From assembly GCF_023055435.1 (NCBI RefSeq), contig NW_025963779.1:67456001-67520000 (forward strand): DNA of 64,000 nt, read 5' to 3'. Positions 41,240 through 54,036 of this stretch are shown here, piece after piece. The stretch is from Haliotis rufescens (taxonomy: Eukaryota). How positions within the stretch are numbered: position 1 is the first letter of the stretch; each line of letters opens with the position of its first letter. A program made the position numbers and the translations under genes. A model generated the notes under the pieces. The model was not told where the DNA came from. It saw only the letters and a program-made list of their open reading frames with translations, and made no database searches.

Positions 41240-43099
41240 GATACCCGTATCAAATTGATCAAGATCGAATAATATGGTTTGTTTGAATCTTAGCCACCAT
41301 CAAACATGAATGTATATTTTCTTTTGCCCGGCAGTTTACTTTTCAGTAGGATGAAGAGTGTCTATTTTTGGTGTTATTTTATTAAAGTTAGCAACCATTT
41401 ATTAATACCCTCAGGGATGGGGATCGGGAATTGTGTTTGAAACAAATTATTTTTCAGTCAGTGCTTCAAGACATACAATTTGTTCTCTGAAAGGAGGGGC
41501 CAAACATTTTGGGGGACCCACAGCACATTATTTCTCAGACTATCCAGGAGGTCAAGAGGGATTTTGTTGAGAATGGGAGCGAGTGAGACGAAAGACCAAG
41601 AACATGAAAAACTTGAGTTGAATGGATGGCGTTTGAAGCTGAAGACAGCAATATTCCAGTAAGTGCTTCACCACAAACCAATTCTTTTCTGAAAGGAGCA
41701 GCCTAACAAATTATTTTTCAGCAATTTCGATACAGAATGTCATTGCCACTAGATGTCACATTTTTATACGAGTACGAGAAACGCAAATGAACAACATGGA
41801 ACATTTGAATTTTAAAGGATTAAGGATTGTAATTTTGATTTGTAGAAGACAAGGCACCTTTCGGATACTACTCGGAAGAATTATTAAGATGAAAGGTGTT
41901 CATCCTCTTCTAACAGCGCGGCAAGGTAATCTGAAAAGACGTTGGCTTCTAATTTTAAAATCTTTGAATAGCACGACAGCCTTCAAAAGAACACGACATG
42001 ACACTTGCCTTTCACTTCCCACATTCACTCCCAACTGCCTCATATCAAAGGCCTGACATATTAAGTGACATTTCCAAAGAAGCAGAATTTGTTTAGTTTT
42101 TCTACCTGCAAGCAGAGTTAATTTACTCCACGAAAGCAAAATGGCTTACGTGCCCCACATACCAATGACTGATGGCACGCTATTTCAATTAATTTTTTTC
42201 TGTATAACTACTGTATGTTTGAGATTTTCTTATTCTATAGTGCCCGGGGGTCTATGTATGTCTTAACGTTGATAATATTTGCATTTTAAACCACGTCGTC
42301 GTGTTCCTCGGTATTTATCATCTGATAGACGTCAATATCCAGTGTCAGAGCCAAATTTAGAATATTACAGCTGTTGCAAGTGTTATAACTACCACGAATA
42401 ATGGGGTCATGTACATGTAATGATGTGTTGAGTAGACATGTCGTTAACATTTAAAAACACTAAAAAACCGTTAAAAATAGGTACTATTTGGTGTCAGTTG
42501 TCATGAGACATTATGAGTGTTAACGGTTTGTTAACAAATTGCAAGAAATGTGTATTTGGCTGTTTCTTCCGGTATCAGCCGAAATGGTTTACAGTGGGTG
42601 GCTGAGTTTTGTTTACGCTGCGTTTAGCAATATTCCAGCAATTTCACGGCGGGGGACGCCATAAATAGGTTTCACGCATTGTACCCAATGCTTTATATAT
42701 GACTGTTTTCGTGATATGCTGTAAAGATAATACATGTCCTCATAATAATATTGCGAAGGGACAGTAAGCAATAACCCTTCGATATCACAAGGGTTCGTTT
42801 TTATATAAGACAGCATTGCTTCATTCTTAATAGGGGATAACTGATGACCTCAAATTGAGAACGTTCCATCTTCATGGTGTTAAATCTCTTTAATGACAGG
42901 ATCGCAGTGACGTATAGGCCTCATGGAACCATGTAGATATGAGATTGTGGAAAACAATATTTATACGTTTTTTTCGTCATGCATCTTTTATATGTCTGTT
43001 GCCTGTCGTTTGAGTGTGCTAACTATGCTCTGAGTAGTCACTTCTATCTATAATAATGGAATTTGAAGATTTACACAATTCTTATTATTTTTCACATCA

Positions 43100-43520
43100 C
43101 CTTTTTAACGTTCAAATACATTTTTTGTCAATTCGGTCTTTAGACATAAAACAAACTTAAGGTACCAACTGTGCACCTCTCCAGGCAGGTCTGTTTTTCT
43201 TTGCACACAAATACGACTTTTTGACGACTTAACGTTTTTTTCAAATAAAGGACATGTTGCCTACAAAGTAAACGTCAGTCTCTGATATGATGGCCCCCAT
43301 TTGTTTCGACATCGCCAATATGAATGAATACCCTCACCTCATCAACCCCTCCATCTCGTGCAATACACTTTCACCTCCAGCTTACGGCGTCTACATTTCT
43401 CAGTTTCTTAGGTACGTTCAAACATTTCATTTTGTTCTATTTCTACGAAGAGTCACAGTTTTCTTTCAACTTATGTTTTTCAATCCAATCCTTCCAGGCA
43501 TATAATGGTAGACATTCTAG
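43100..43520 (+). pseudogene. PLE RT fragment carried in each 8-kb unit (also ~55650-56160 and ~63320-63750)
   Basis: GTNCAPL, LEIKQTTETFYSAPHLNL, DFKFPIVIFPFMPCSILSAPAY and PPAYGVYISQFLRY blocks across the copies. Confidence 0.7.
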
Positions 43521-45799
43521 CTCACTGGCACTTAATTAATGAAAATTGTTTGAGTGTGCTACCGGTAAATCTGCACGGTAATCAATGTCTTTTTAGTCAT
43601 CCATTTGTATAATGTTCATCTCTGTTATGCCCTTTTACGGCCTATGGAAGCTGTTTCGGCAAATATTTGAGACTGACAATTCTCTGAAACGTCAAAGGTT
43701 ATGCCCCAATTAACGTTCATAACTTTATTTCTTTAGAAATAATATGTTTATGCTGATACATTATTTATAGTATTGAAATATACTTTCCGAGGTAGTCGTC
43801 TGTATATCAGTGAGCATGTATTTCAGCTATATCCCACTGTCCCCTGTATATACAGCATGCTTGTCCATCATAGAAATATGCCAATGTGACATTGACAGCC
43901 TACCTACGTGGTCTAGTGCATAGAGTGTCTGCCTGGAGAGCGGAAAGCCAGATGTTCGATCTCCATGACGCCCACCTATGACTCTTGCCCACGACGTCCC
44001 TCTATGTCTCTCTTCCATGACGCAAAACATGGCTTTCACCATGACGTCCACCTATGTCTCTCACTCAATGACGCCCACCTATGTCTCTCATCCATGACGC
44101 CCATCTGTGCCTCCCACTTAGTCCTCGAACTTTAAAGCTTGTCCCTGCATACATCAATAACTATATACGCAATCCCTACACGTTAGCGCAATCGATATGT
44201 AAACCTGCCTAAAGACCACACGACTGAACCATTCGAATAATGCTAAACCTTCACATCATTAATTAGAATGTAGTTGAAACTCAAGCCTTCAATATTTCAT
44301 AAGGCAACCAAGTGCCGAGAATTTCCATCATTTTTTGCAGAAATTTAAATATATTGAAGAGTTATGGAGAATGCACCAAGGACAAATATAGCATTACAAT
44401 AGTGTCTCACACCCGTGGCGTCCATCTGTGACTCTCACTTAGTCCTCTAACTCCATAGCATATCCCTTGGGCTGCATACATCAATACATATATACGGAAT
44501 CCCTTCATGTAAGCCCAATCAATAGGTAAACCTGCCCACGTGACATGAACGCATTAATCTTGAATGTAGTTGAGACTCAAGCCTTCAATATTTCATAAAG
44601 AAATCAAGTGCCGAGAATCATAAACGTCCATCAATTTGAGCATTTTACCGTAGACAAAAGATAAAAGGGTTCTGAACAATGCATCAAGGATCAATATAGC
44701 ATGTACAATAGTGAATATGGGACAGACGATCAAACAGTCTGTATTTCAAACACATACGTCATAACCCATTAACCTACATGTGGCATTACGCGTGTTATCG
44801 TGATGATTACAAGAGAGACTTACAGACAGCCTTACATCGGCGGAATAAGATTCAGGATTCCACCTTGATCCCGACTCGACATTAGTAACGCAATCTCGCG
44901 ATATCGTCATTGCACCGAGTCTTTCATGCTGATGTTTCCAAGACACTGAAGATGATCAGAGACTTCATTGTATGTATTTATTGACGTGCTTCTGTCTGTG
45001 ACAGTGGTCGATGTTTCGCGACATAGACAAATGCGGAATTTCGCTGTATGTTTCAGATATCACATAAGAAATGTATTCGGAAATATTTGATATTATTAAT
45101 ATGATATAATAAAACGGTTACGTGATATTATTCAAGAATTTGAAAGTAAATTACTATCGTGCATCAATAAATAAATGATTATCGGAAATAGACTGACAAA
45201 CATACACATAACTTACGGTGCTTGCGAATTCCTTGGGGGATATCCCAGGCACACCTACCTTAAGGAATCCTAACGGGGGTTGAGAGGGATGAGGGGCTCA
45301 CTTGCGGCTGCCTTACAGGAATGTTACAGACTGAGCTGGTGAATACCTTGACAGGATGTCGCAGACTACGGGTATCCCATACCAATTATGTACATGCGGA
45401 ATACATAATGAAAGGTCCCGGTCGCTTCCTTCGACTGGCTGATCCTTCAAGAATATCTCTTGTCACCAGACACGTTCTTGCGCTTGTTTACATTTATATT
45501 TGCTACCTGGGATCTTGTAACCATGTTAACTCCCTCCTCCTACATGTACTTCACATCCGTCTCGTGGTTGGTGCCCATAACGGTCATTTGACTGCACAAT
45601 GTTCCTACATCTGACATATCGGGTGAATCGTAACAACAGAAGGGTTTACAGTTCAAATGTGGTCGTAGAAGGAAGGAGACACAATAGTTTTCTCTATCAA
45701 TTCTTTAAAAGCAGAAACTTTAACATAAACTTATTTTATGCACAGTGCACTTCTTAAAGAACACCAAGCAAGACAGACATTTAATTCAAAGTTCCTCCT

Positions 45800-45800
45800 T

Positions 45801-45846
<46 letters not shown>

Positions 45847-48300
45847 TAAGTGGAGTAAGATTGAACACAGTTTTAATAGGCTAGCGCTTTCAACTCGTAG
45901 TTACGTCACGTCATAACATTAAGGAAACTATGACATCACAATACCAAGGTGACAATGGACAAATAATTTACGCCTTTACATTTAACTTAGGCGTGTATTT
46001 AAGAATTGAACGTCAGTTTGGATGGGTTCATTGAAGTGTGAACGATGTAAAGGCGCTGGTTAAACTGTGTGAACCTCCGAGCTTGCGAAGTCTAACCAGC
46101 GCCTTTAAATCGTTCACACTTCAATGAACCCATCCAAACTGACGTTCAATTCTTATAATTTCTTAGTTTGTAGTTTACTGGTCTCGCCGAATAATATCGT
46201 AACAGTGTTTCCTTAAATTTGAAGTCCTCTGGTTTCGCCAAAGAACATTGCAACAATGTTTTTTTGTCGGTATTTGCCGGCTCTCGGTCACATACCTTTC
46301 CCCACTCATACTCAGTTACGCAACGAAAAATAGTTCTTTGAATATATACAACATAATCTAGAAATATGTCAACATAATTTCATTCTCTGAACAAATTTAC
46401 AAACACTATTTGGGATAAATCAAACCTTAAAAATAGGTTACAGGAAGTTGAACAAACATATGCACCGAGGCGAGGTCAACCTTCAAGCGCGGATTTATAT
46501 ATGACGTCACATAAGTTTGTAAAGAGGTGCATTTCGAGTCGAACGGGAGCAAGATGAGGAAATTTATAATTACTGCTGTTGAAAATGACGTTTATGGAGC
46601 AGTTATAGAAAACACCCCGACGCATGAACCCTCTCATGACACGAGCAAATTGGGAATATCACCGATTTGCCAATGTGTTGCATGTGTTTGGATAATCGCA
46701 AACCAATTCGGACGATGCGGAATGGACTGGTGGGAATTGAACCGAGTGCTCTGAAACTTAATAATAATTTTCAATGTCGGGGTATGTTATATTTGGAGTT
46801 TGGGATTTGTCGAGTGTGCTGAAATACTTTGCTTAGTTGGTGTTTCTTGTCACATGAGATGGACCTACAGTATGACCTGATGCCAGCTTCATTACTGTGC
46901 CCCGTCACTCCTCATGTGCCGCCGCTTCTCGGCCTAGAATGCACGGGGAAGGTCGGCCAACTCAGAAACCGCAATAGTAGATTTCTAATTCCGTCTAGGG
47001 ATATTTTCTCGTCCCCGATGGCCAATCAGTAAAACAGGTAGGCAAGTTTTTTTTGTTTTAATTTTTTTTATTATGCTTATGTATTATGGTTTCTCAAAAT
47101 CTTAGATTTTTACCCGATACGATACAGAATCGAGTTTTAGTTTGGGATTGACCAGGAGCAATCGCGTTTGCTCTGTGTCAGCGGCCTCATCTGAACAGGG
47201 TACTACATTGTTTTCATTGTTGCTAGATTCCTGTCATTTCCGAAAACAAGGCATCAAAGTCAATATCGCATAATAAATCAATTTCGTTCACCTCAGTAAT
47301 TTTACAGAATTAATTTTCTTTACTTGCGTTATTAGTATTGAAAGATAGCCATACCACATCCAAATCACCATAAGGACAATCCATTTTGTTTCATGTAGCA
47401 GCTAGACGACATTAAGCACCAGAACCAAAGCATTCATTATTTATAAGTCAGATGAAATGTTCCAAGACCAGGCAAAAATACTAAATTAATTATGTTGCTG
47501 ATAAATTCAGGGATTAAAAAGAAAATAGAAAAAACGAGTTGATCGTAAACACCGATCGAGAATTCGGGGAACCCCGGAAAAAGTAGTTCGGGCAAAAGAT
47601 CACACGATCAATTTCACAAAATATTGTTCACATCGTGTGAACTTTTTTTGGCCGTTCACAGGTGTGTGAACTCCAAATATCAGATCAGGTGACTACCCAT
47701 TCAGCCAATCAACACGAAAGAAAAAGTGTAAACTTCAAAGTATGAAATTATTTATGAATGAAATGTTGCTCTTTTTGAAACAATGTAGGTTCATGATCAA
47801 AATTTAGCTTATATAGCGGGAAAACTAAAAAGTTGCCGTTTCCACATGCTTCTAAATGTTCACTGAGTGGAATCGTGCGGTTGTGTGGCTGCTTTATTTG
47901 TGAACGGTGAAGATTCATTCTGCTTTTTAATTTAAGTTCTGTCTTTCCGATATACTTTTCATTGCATCCACTACAAACAATCAAGTAAATAACATTTCTG
48001 GTATCACAAGTCATATTTTGTTTTACAGTAAATTTAGTGTCCTTTGTAATTTGGACTGAACAGCCTTCAATTATATTGCTGCAAGTTAGGCAACGTTTGT
48101 CACTGCACTTAGACACCTGTGGAGTGATGACAACAGAATCAAATTTAGAACTTGTCAAAATCTTTCTAAGATTTTTGGGTTGTCTTTGGCTGTTGATAAT
48201 TTTGTATTATGTAGGAGATGATCATCAGCAGTCTATATCAGGATCTGGAACTTTTCATTAGAGGGTCTGATAACAAAGAACTGGGGCAAAAATTTCATTC
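45800..48300 (-). pseudogene. Penelope-like element 3' part: GIY-YIG endonuclease ORF split by a Crypton
   Basis: SQRQPKNLRKILTSSKF..CSDKRCLTC..CDTRNVIYLIVCSGCNEKYIGKT..RMNLHRSQI..EQHFIHK (47751) continues as YTPKLNVKA* below 45996; 3' gaaagcgcta motif and (TA)n. Confidence 0.85.
45996..47750 (-). mobile_element. Crypton (tyrosine-recombinase DNA transposon), internally deleted
   Basis: VTGHSNEAGIRSYCRSISCDKKHQLSKVF at 46908-46820 (catalytic H..Y); ~63-bp-arm hairpin 46000-46155; inverted pair taatttcttagttt/aaagtatgaaatta; TAAATA (minus strand) at both junctions. Confidence 0.75.
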
Positions 48301-48869
48301 TTATATTGCTGTATTCCGGGCATATCATTAAGACCTGATATTCGTCTTCTGTAACATGGTGGCACTATGAGCATTTGGTCTTGTCTGTTTCCGGCGTTTT
48401 GGAAAATCCGGCAGCTCTGATATGACAATAATATCTAAATTTTGTTAGTGTTCGGCGAAAGTGAAATGCTTTTATTGCTACCAGATATCTCTCTGGCGTG
48501 ATTTGAAGCTGGAAATCTTAATGGTAGGTTAAGGATTTCGACTTTAACAGTCACGAGAATATATCATGGGAAATCCAGACATGTCCAAACCAGACTGGAA
48601 TAAGGTAGTTCGCACAAATAAAATACAATTAATATCTCCATCATCATGTATGTAAGTTCTTTATTAAATCATGACATCGTTTATAATATCTTGTAGAACT
48701 CTAGTAACTCGTATCCAGTAGGCCATAACACTAGAATGGGCGCTGAGTGCTGCGTTAAACAACAAACCAACCAACCAACCATTGAGGGAAGCGACCACAT
48801 TGTACCAAAAAAACTTTATTCGAAGACTAATAAGGTTTAAGCTTCCAGAACGTAAAATTAACTTTTTCT

Positions 48870-49800
48870 ATAGAATTGTCAATATTAATGCCCTAAATTT
48901 TAGGCTCTGAACTATATAACAGGATTGGCTGGATTTTCTCTGTAGAATAATTTTCACTGAATCCTGCTTGACTTTCTGACAACAATTTTGTTCGGAAATC
49001 CAAGTTTTAACACGATTGTCTATTATCGTAGTGAATATTATATTTAAAGTTTTCAACAATGCTATACCTCAGTAATTATTCGTTTCACTGTTATCACCTG
49101 ATTTTACAATTAATCAAATATTCCAATGGTCAGAAAAATGTCCTGCGTCAAGAATGCGATTAAATAACTTTCTTAGCAGAGCTTGCATAAGAGACACGTT
49201 TCTTGGAATGCAACAGGTACTCCGTCTACGCCAGGCGTTTAACATTTTTTCAGTTTGTTTAATGACAATAAACATTTCTTCGTCAATAATGTAACTTCCT
49301 AGAAATTCAACAGCATCATTGCTTACATGACACTCACTAGAATTGTGTGTTTCAAGATACTCCTTATATAACGACCGCATCCGTGGTCTAGTGGTAAAGC
49401 GTCCGCCCGGAGAGCGGAAGGTCCGGGATTCGATCCCCGCCGCGTCATACCAAAGGACGTTAAAAGATGGTACTTGTTGTTACCCTGTCTGGCGCTCGGC
49501 ATAAAGGGGCTAAAACAAGGACTGCTCGGGGTCAGAATACTGTGTGTGAGTGGGGTATTCATGTTCAACTCCGGCATGGTATCTCTTTGGTCTAGCACTA
49601 TAACCTCGGCATTAGTCCGGACTAATAGAAGCAGCAACACACACACGTGGGCATGCACGTCGCGACGTCATCCCCCATCTCACCTCATCGTACCTTATAC
49701 AACATGGACACCGATAGTGTTAGGATCTTTATCAACAGTAGGGTTTAAGAGAGATTTAACATGATTTAAACCAATCGTCAGTAGATATATTTGCAGAAGA
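48870..49800 (-). pseudogene. APE-type LINE RT N-terminal fragment (CR1/RTE-X-like), interrupted by a SINE
   Basis: LLRKLFNRILDAGHFSDHW..GDNSETNNY*GIALLKTLNIIFTTIIDNRV..SQAGFSENYST. Confidence 0.75.
49373..49690 (+). mobile_element. SINE family A with TSD
   Basis: TSD ccttata(t/c)aac at 49362-49372 and 49693-49703. Confidence 0.9.
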
Positions 49801-50520
49801 ACTTTCAAAAGAATAACAATATGTTTAAACAGATTTCCAGAAAAGCGACGACCAAGGCAATGAACCATATTATTAGTTTAACTAAATATATTAAATAAAA
49901 GGTACTTATGAGTTATGAGGCTGTTCGTGAACCTTTTGATAATTAATACTATACAATTACAGGTACGATTAAGAATTCAAAAATCAATTATTGTTATTTA
50001 ATGGACGAAAATACGAAACGTCCTCCTTCTTGACATTTATACATTATATGGACAGTTTACTGCAAGCGGTGACTTGTAGGAACATTAAGATAATGAGAGA
50101 GTACAGATAATCTTGAATAAATGATTGTAATTTAATTAATAACGTCTACTCGTATTTTGTGCCGAGAAGCTTACACAGACGTCTCTTAAACGCGCATGTT
50201 GTCAATCGGATCTGTTCATGTGAAAATCGTCCATAACTCTTAAGAGCTTATACGTTGAATGTAAATGTCGATATGTTCCTGGCATGATGTAATCCTCTCA
50301 CTCACATCACTAGTTGGCGTTTCAAATAAAATGCCATGTTCTGCTATGGGGCCTGGCAGGTTCCAATCAATAGCATAAAATAAAATTGATTAATATGCCT
50401 GTGTAAATAAGAAAAATCTAAGGAAGGATATTTTGAAAATTGTCCAGAAATTTATGCCGATGATAATGTTATTTTGCTGAAATTGTATGGATGGCGACTT
50501 TGATATTGCTTGATTCGTGT

Positions 50521-50566
<46 letters not shown>

Positions 50567-53500
50567 GTGTGCGTGTGCGTGAGTCAGTGCTTGTTTGCGC
50601 GCTTGCCTCAGTGTGCTTGAATTTGTGGAAGTGTCTGTATTTCTATTTCCATTTGTTTTGATAATTGGCTACCCCGTATATTTCGGGTTCGATCTAAAAG
50701 AGTTTCCAAATATACCCCATGTTATTGGAGCCGATTATGATGGTCCAGATTCGATTAAAGAGAGGCTGTCCAGCGTAGCAGAATATTCTCTCAATCACGC
50801 AATAACAGGACAATTTCTGATATGAAAGGGAAATTTCTGACATAGCTGTTAAAAAAGTTGACAGGGGAGGAAAATTGCTGATATTGCTGGAAAACTACTG
50901 ATATAGCAGAACAATTGCTGATATATCAGGAAAATTGCCAGCCTGATAAAGCAGGAAATCTGCGGATTTGACTGTAAATATGATTATTTGGCTGTAAATC
51001 TGCTGATATGGGAGGGAAATTGCTTATATTGCTGTAAAACTGCTGATAGAGGAGATAAATTGCTGATATGCGTGGAAAATCGCTGATATTGCAGGGAGAC
51101 TACTGACTACAGCGTACCAGAACATTCTCTAAATAACTTAATAACAGAAATCTTCTCTTTATATTTATATGTCCACAAATATCTGTTGTCTTTTTGGTTT
51201 GTTTATGTGAGCTCATGTACATCTGTGCGCACGCTCGTGTGTGTATATGTGTTAATACAAACACTTTGATACATGACATTTTTTCTGCTAATTGTTCACG
51301 ATCTGTTTGTTCATCTAATTGTTCATCTCTTTCCATTAATAACAGGATTATTTGACTTTGAGTTAATTCCATCACCTGCAATAGCAAAACTCCGTCCTTG
51401 AACTTGCAAAAGAACATGACCTCAACTGTTAACCGACCCTGTTTACTAGAAAGGAAGAGACATCTTTGTCTCCGGATCTGAAGAACTTTGAATACGCCTT
51501 GAAGTTCTCGTAATGCTGTGACGAGCTCAATATTAAACGTGCCTTTTCTGTCGTCTGCTGTAATTACGGAAAATAATTCTTCTAAGCAGACTATCATCTT
51601 CTTGGGCGAACGGTCTCATAAAAAATACAGCCTTATGAAAAATAATCCTTTATAATGCCCTTCACAGGACTGATATCTTATCCATTTGTTTCAGCTCTTG
51701 TGGATGGTGTTGAAAAGAACAATGGGAATATTGAAAGAGAAAGATACATGGTCACGTTATCGGGTCTATCGGTAATTATAAACCAGAGTTACCATCCAAA
51801 TCTTGAATACAATTACTGATGTGTGCAACAGAAGCGTGTTTTGCAAGTGTCAGGTCATGGGCAGGGCAATGGCTAGCCATACCTACAGCATGGGTCCGGT
51901 CGAGTCCGAATGACCTGACATATTTAACGTCATGCATGGTAATGAAAGATATTCCATTCAATGAATGAAATGAAATCGGCCGCTATAAATTGAACAAGAT
52001 ATGCTGGCTTTAGACGTCTCGGGAATATGATGCTTTCGCATTTCAGAAATCAATTCATATGATATATATTTTTGATTTTTCCAACTGAATTCTTGATGTT
52101 GCCCTACAAAATCAGGTTTCATTACAAAAATGTAAGCCCGATATCAAATCGTATTGAATACCGTTGATAGAGATTGCTCTATTAGTATCCGAGCCAGTCG
52201 AAGACCTTTAACAGGTGCAAGAAGAATTCAAGCTGCAATTTCAGTTTTTTCTTATTGGCATATTGTGCAAAGACAGATTGTCTCCATGAACTACTTAAAT
52301 TCGGTCCTACATTGTTTCCTTTTTAAGGATGGGCTTCGTCCCTAGTTGTCAATGATTCACAGACTGTTGATATTCAGTGGTGGATATTCATTGGGTTCAG
52401 AGAACCAAAACCTGAACTATCCAGTGATTGAGCACACAGGAATAAGTTCAACTTTAGATCACTGTGCCAAATTACTTAAAATGGTATATTCAATGAAAAA
52501 TGTGTTAATAGCGGGATATGAATTACATCTCTTTGCCCATATTTCCAGTTGATGTCAAGTGGACGTCGCTGAAGATATTAGATATTTCCCGATGTATAAG
52601 TTAACATTGAGTCTGATGTCTATGTTGAAAAGTTCAAATTATAATTGATTCGTTCCATTCAAGGGTTAAAATGGAATCGAAACAGCTTCTCTGTGAGTAA
52701 TGGAAATTGATTCCACAGTGTCATCCTCGTGTTCTCCAACTGCAAACGACCATTCGGTCTTGAAAACGAGTGCAGCGGGTAATGGATAATATGTAACATG
52801 GTTGTTACATAGCAGAGGAAATTGGAAGGTGAAGGAGGAGCGAGGTGGGGATGGAGAGGGTGGTGATGGGTCTCACTAGATGCAAGGGCGGTGATGTGTG
52901 TTGATGGTGTTGGAAAGGGTGATGAAGAAGAGGGCGTTTGTGGAGTAACAGATGGCGGACAATGGGAGAGAGCGAGACTGTTAGCCATGAGAATGAAAAG
53001 ATTGAACTGAATGGATGCAGCCTGAAGCAGTAGACATCAATATTCCAGTCAGGAATATGTCACACTGTTACAGGTCGAATATGGGTCAACTGGTGGTTGA
53101 TATTATAATAGCCAGAAGCACGACACAGAATAAGCCAGATGAGACATTGTGACAACCCGATCCTCATCAAAACGCTTCTTTCAGTAGTCTTGTGCTGCTT
53201 GAGATCGATTCTGTCTTTGAGTCCAAAGGGGTGAGGATTAAGGAGGATACATGACTGTCTGTGACAGAGAGAATTATGCAGATGAAGACACAGTGAATAG
53301 ACTTCCCTTTATGTCGAGCAATATTCAAGCAGCTCCAGACAACATTTCAGGCACAATTAAACATGTTCTGTCTGAAAGGAATGTGTATGACTCTTGCTCC
53401 AAAGTTCTTTGATCAGGGTAACAACATTTAAGGCTTTAGTAAAGTGTGGAAGATCTTTCAAAATTTGATGTATCAGTGATCAAAATGATGTCCGAAACAA

Positions 53501-53754
53501 TTCAGGTTCAAAACACTCTTACGATACTCGTATCAAATACGTCACCTCAGAATAATCATTTCTTGAATGTTTCATTTTTATTTCAACATCAAACAGTGAA
53601 GTAAACTTTCTTTTGCCCGACAGTTTACTCTTCAAAAGGATGAATGATGTATATATTGGTGTTATGAAAGCTATCAAGTTTAGGGAGCAATCATTTAATC
53701 TCGGGGCCGGGAATTTTGTTTGAAACGGATTATTTTTTCAGCCAGTGCTTAAAG

Positions 53755-54036
53755 TGAGCGTGAGTGAGCGAGTTGGGTCTAACGCCGCTTTTAACAGTAT
53801 TCCAGTTATATCACAGCGTGTCAGCTTAAGGGAGGAAAGCCCGATGTGATGCAGGTCTCGGAAGTCTACCACTTCGGTGAAACCCACGAGCACAGGTATG
53901 GTGCTGACAAACCTAGAAACATAATCGGTGCGAATCGGGTATTCGAAGCCACAATCATAGGTTTCTGGTGTGTCAAAGAGCCGCGACTCTGCAAAGCGCA
54001 TCGCGGCGCCTTAAGCGACTTGGCCACCCGTGCCCC
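53755..54036 (-). mobile_element. Full-length tRNA-derived SINE family D with TSD
   Basis: Head ggggcacgggtggccaagtcgcttaaggcg; TSD cagtgctt(a/t)aag; empty site cagtgcttcaag in paralogous units at ~41459 and ~61833. Confidence 0.88.

Larger units (their letters stand above)
33960..42450 (-). pseudogene. Helentron-like coding relic, copy 1 (Pif1 helicase > AP endonuclease > putative protease > unknown), interrupted by insertions
   Basis: Helicase motif I-IV remnants 42200-41770; GEHNDDT ~39240; IYRRRF..ITIHTVK and AG..YVVHVS 36580-36380; VMDDFHMN ~35190; YF(S)xH ~34975; VAIIFLAVKTLEFYDP and YN..NVCG 34740-34555. Confidence 0.5.

Noticed and set aside
41770-42450. A32-like viral packaging ATPase (GRRNTCN read as a decayed Walker A)
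   Set aside because: Needs a mosaic of frames; the frame supported by synonymous changes fits Pif1 motifs in correct order and continues into later helicase motifs
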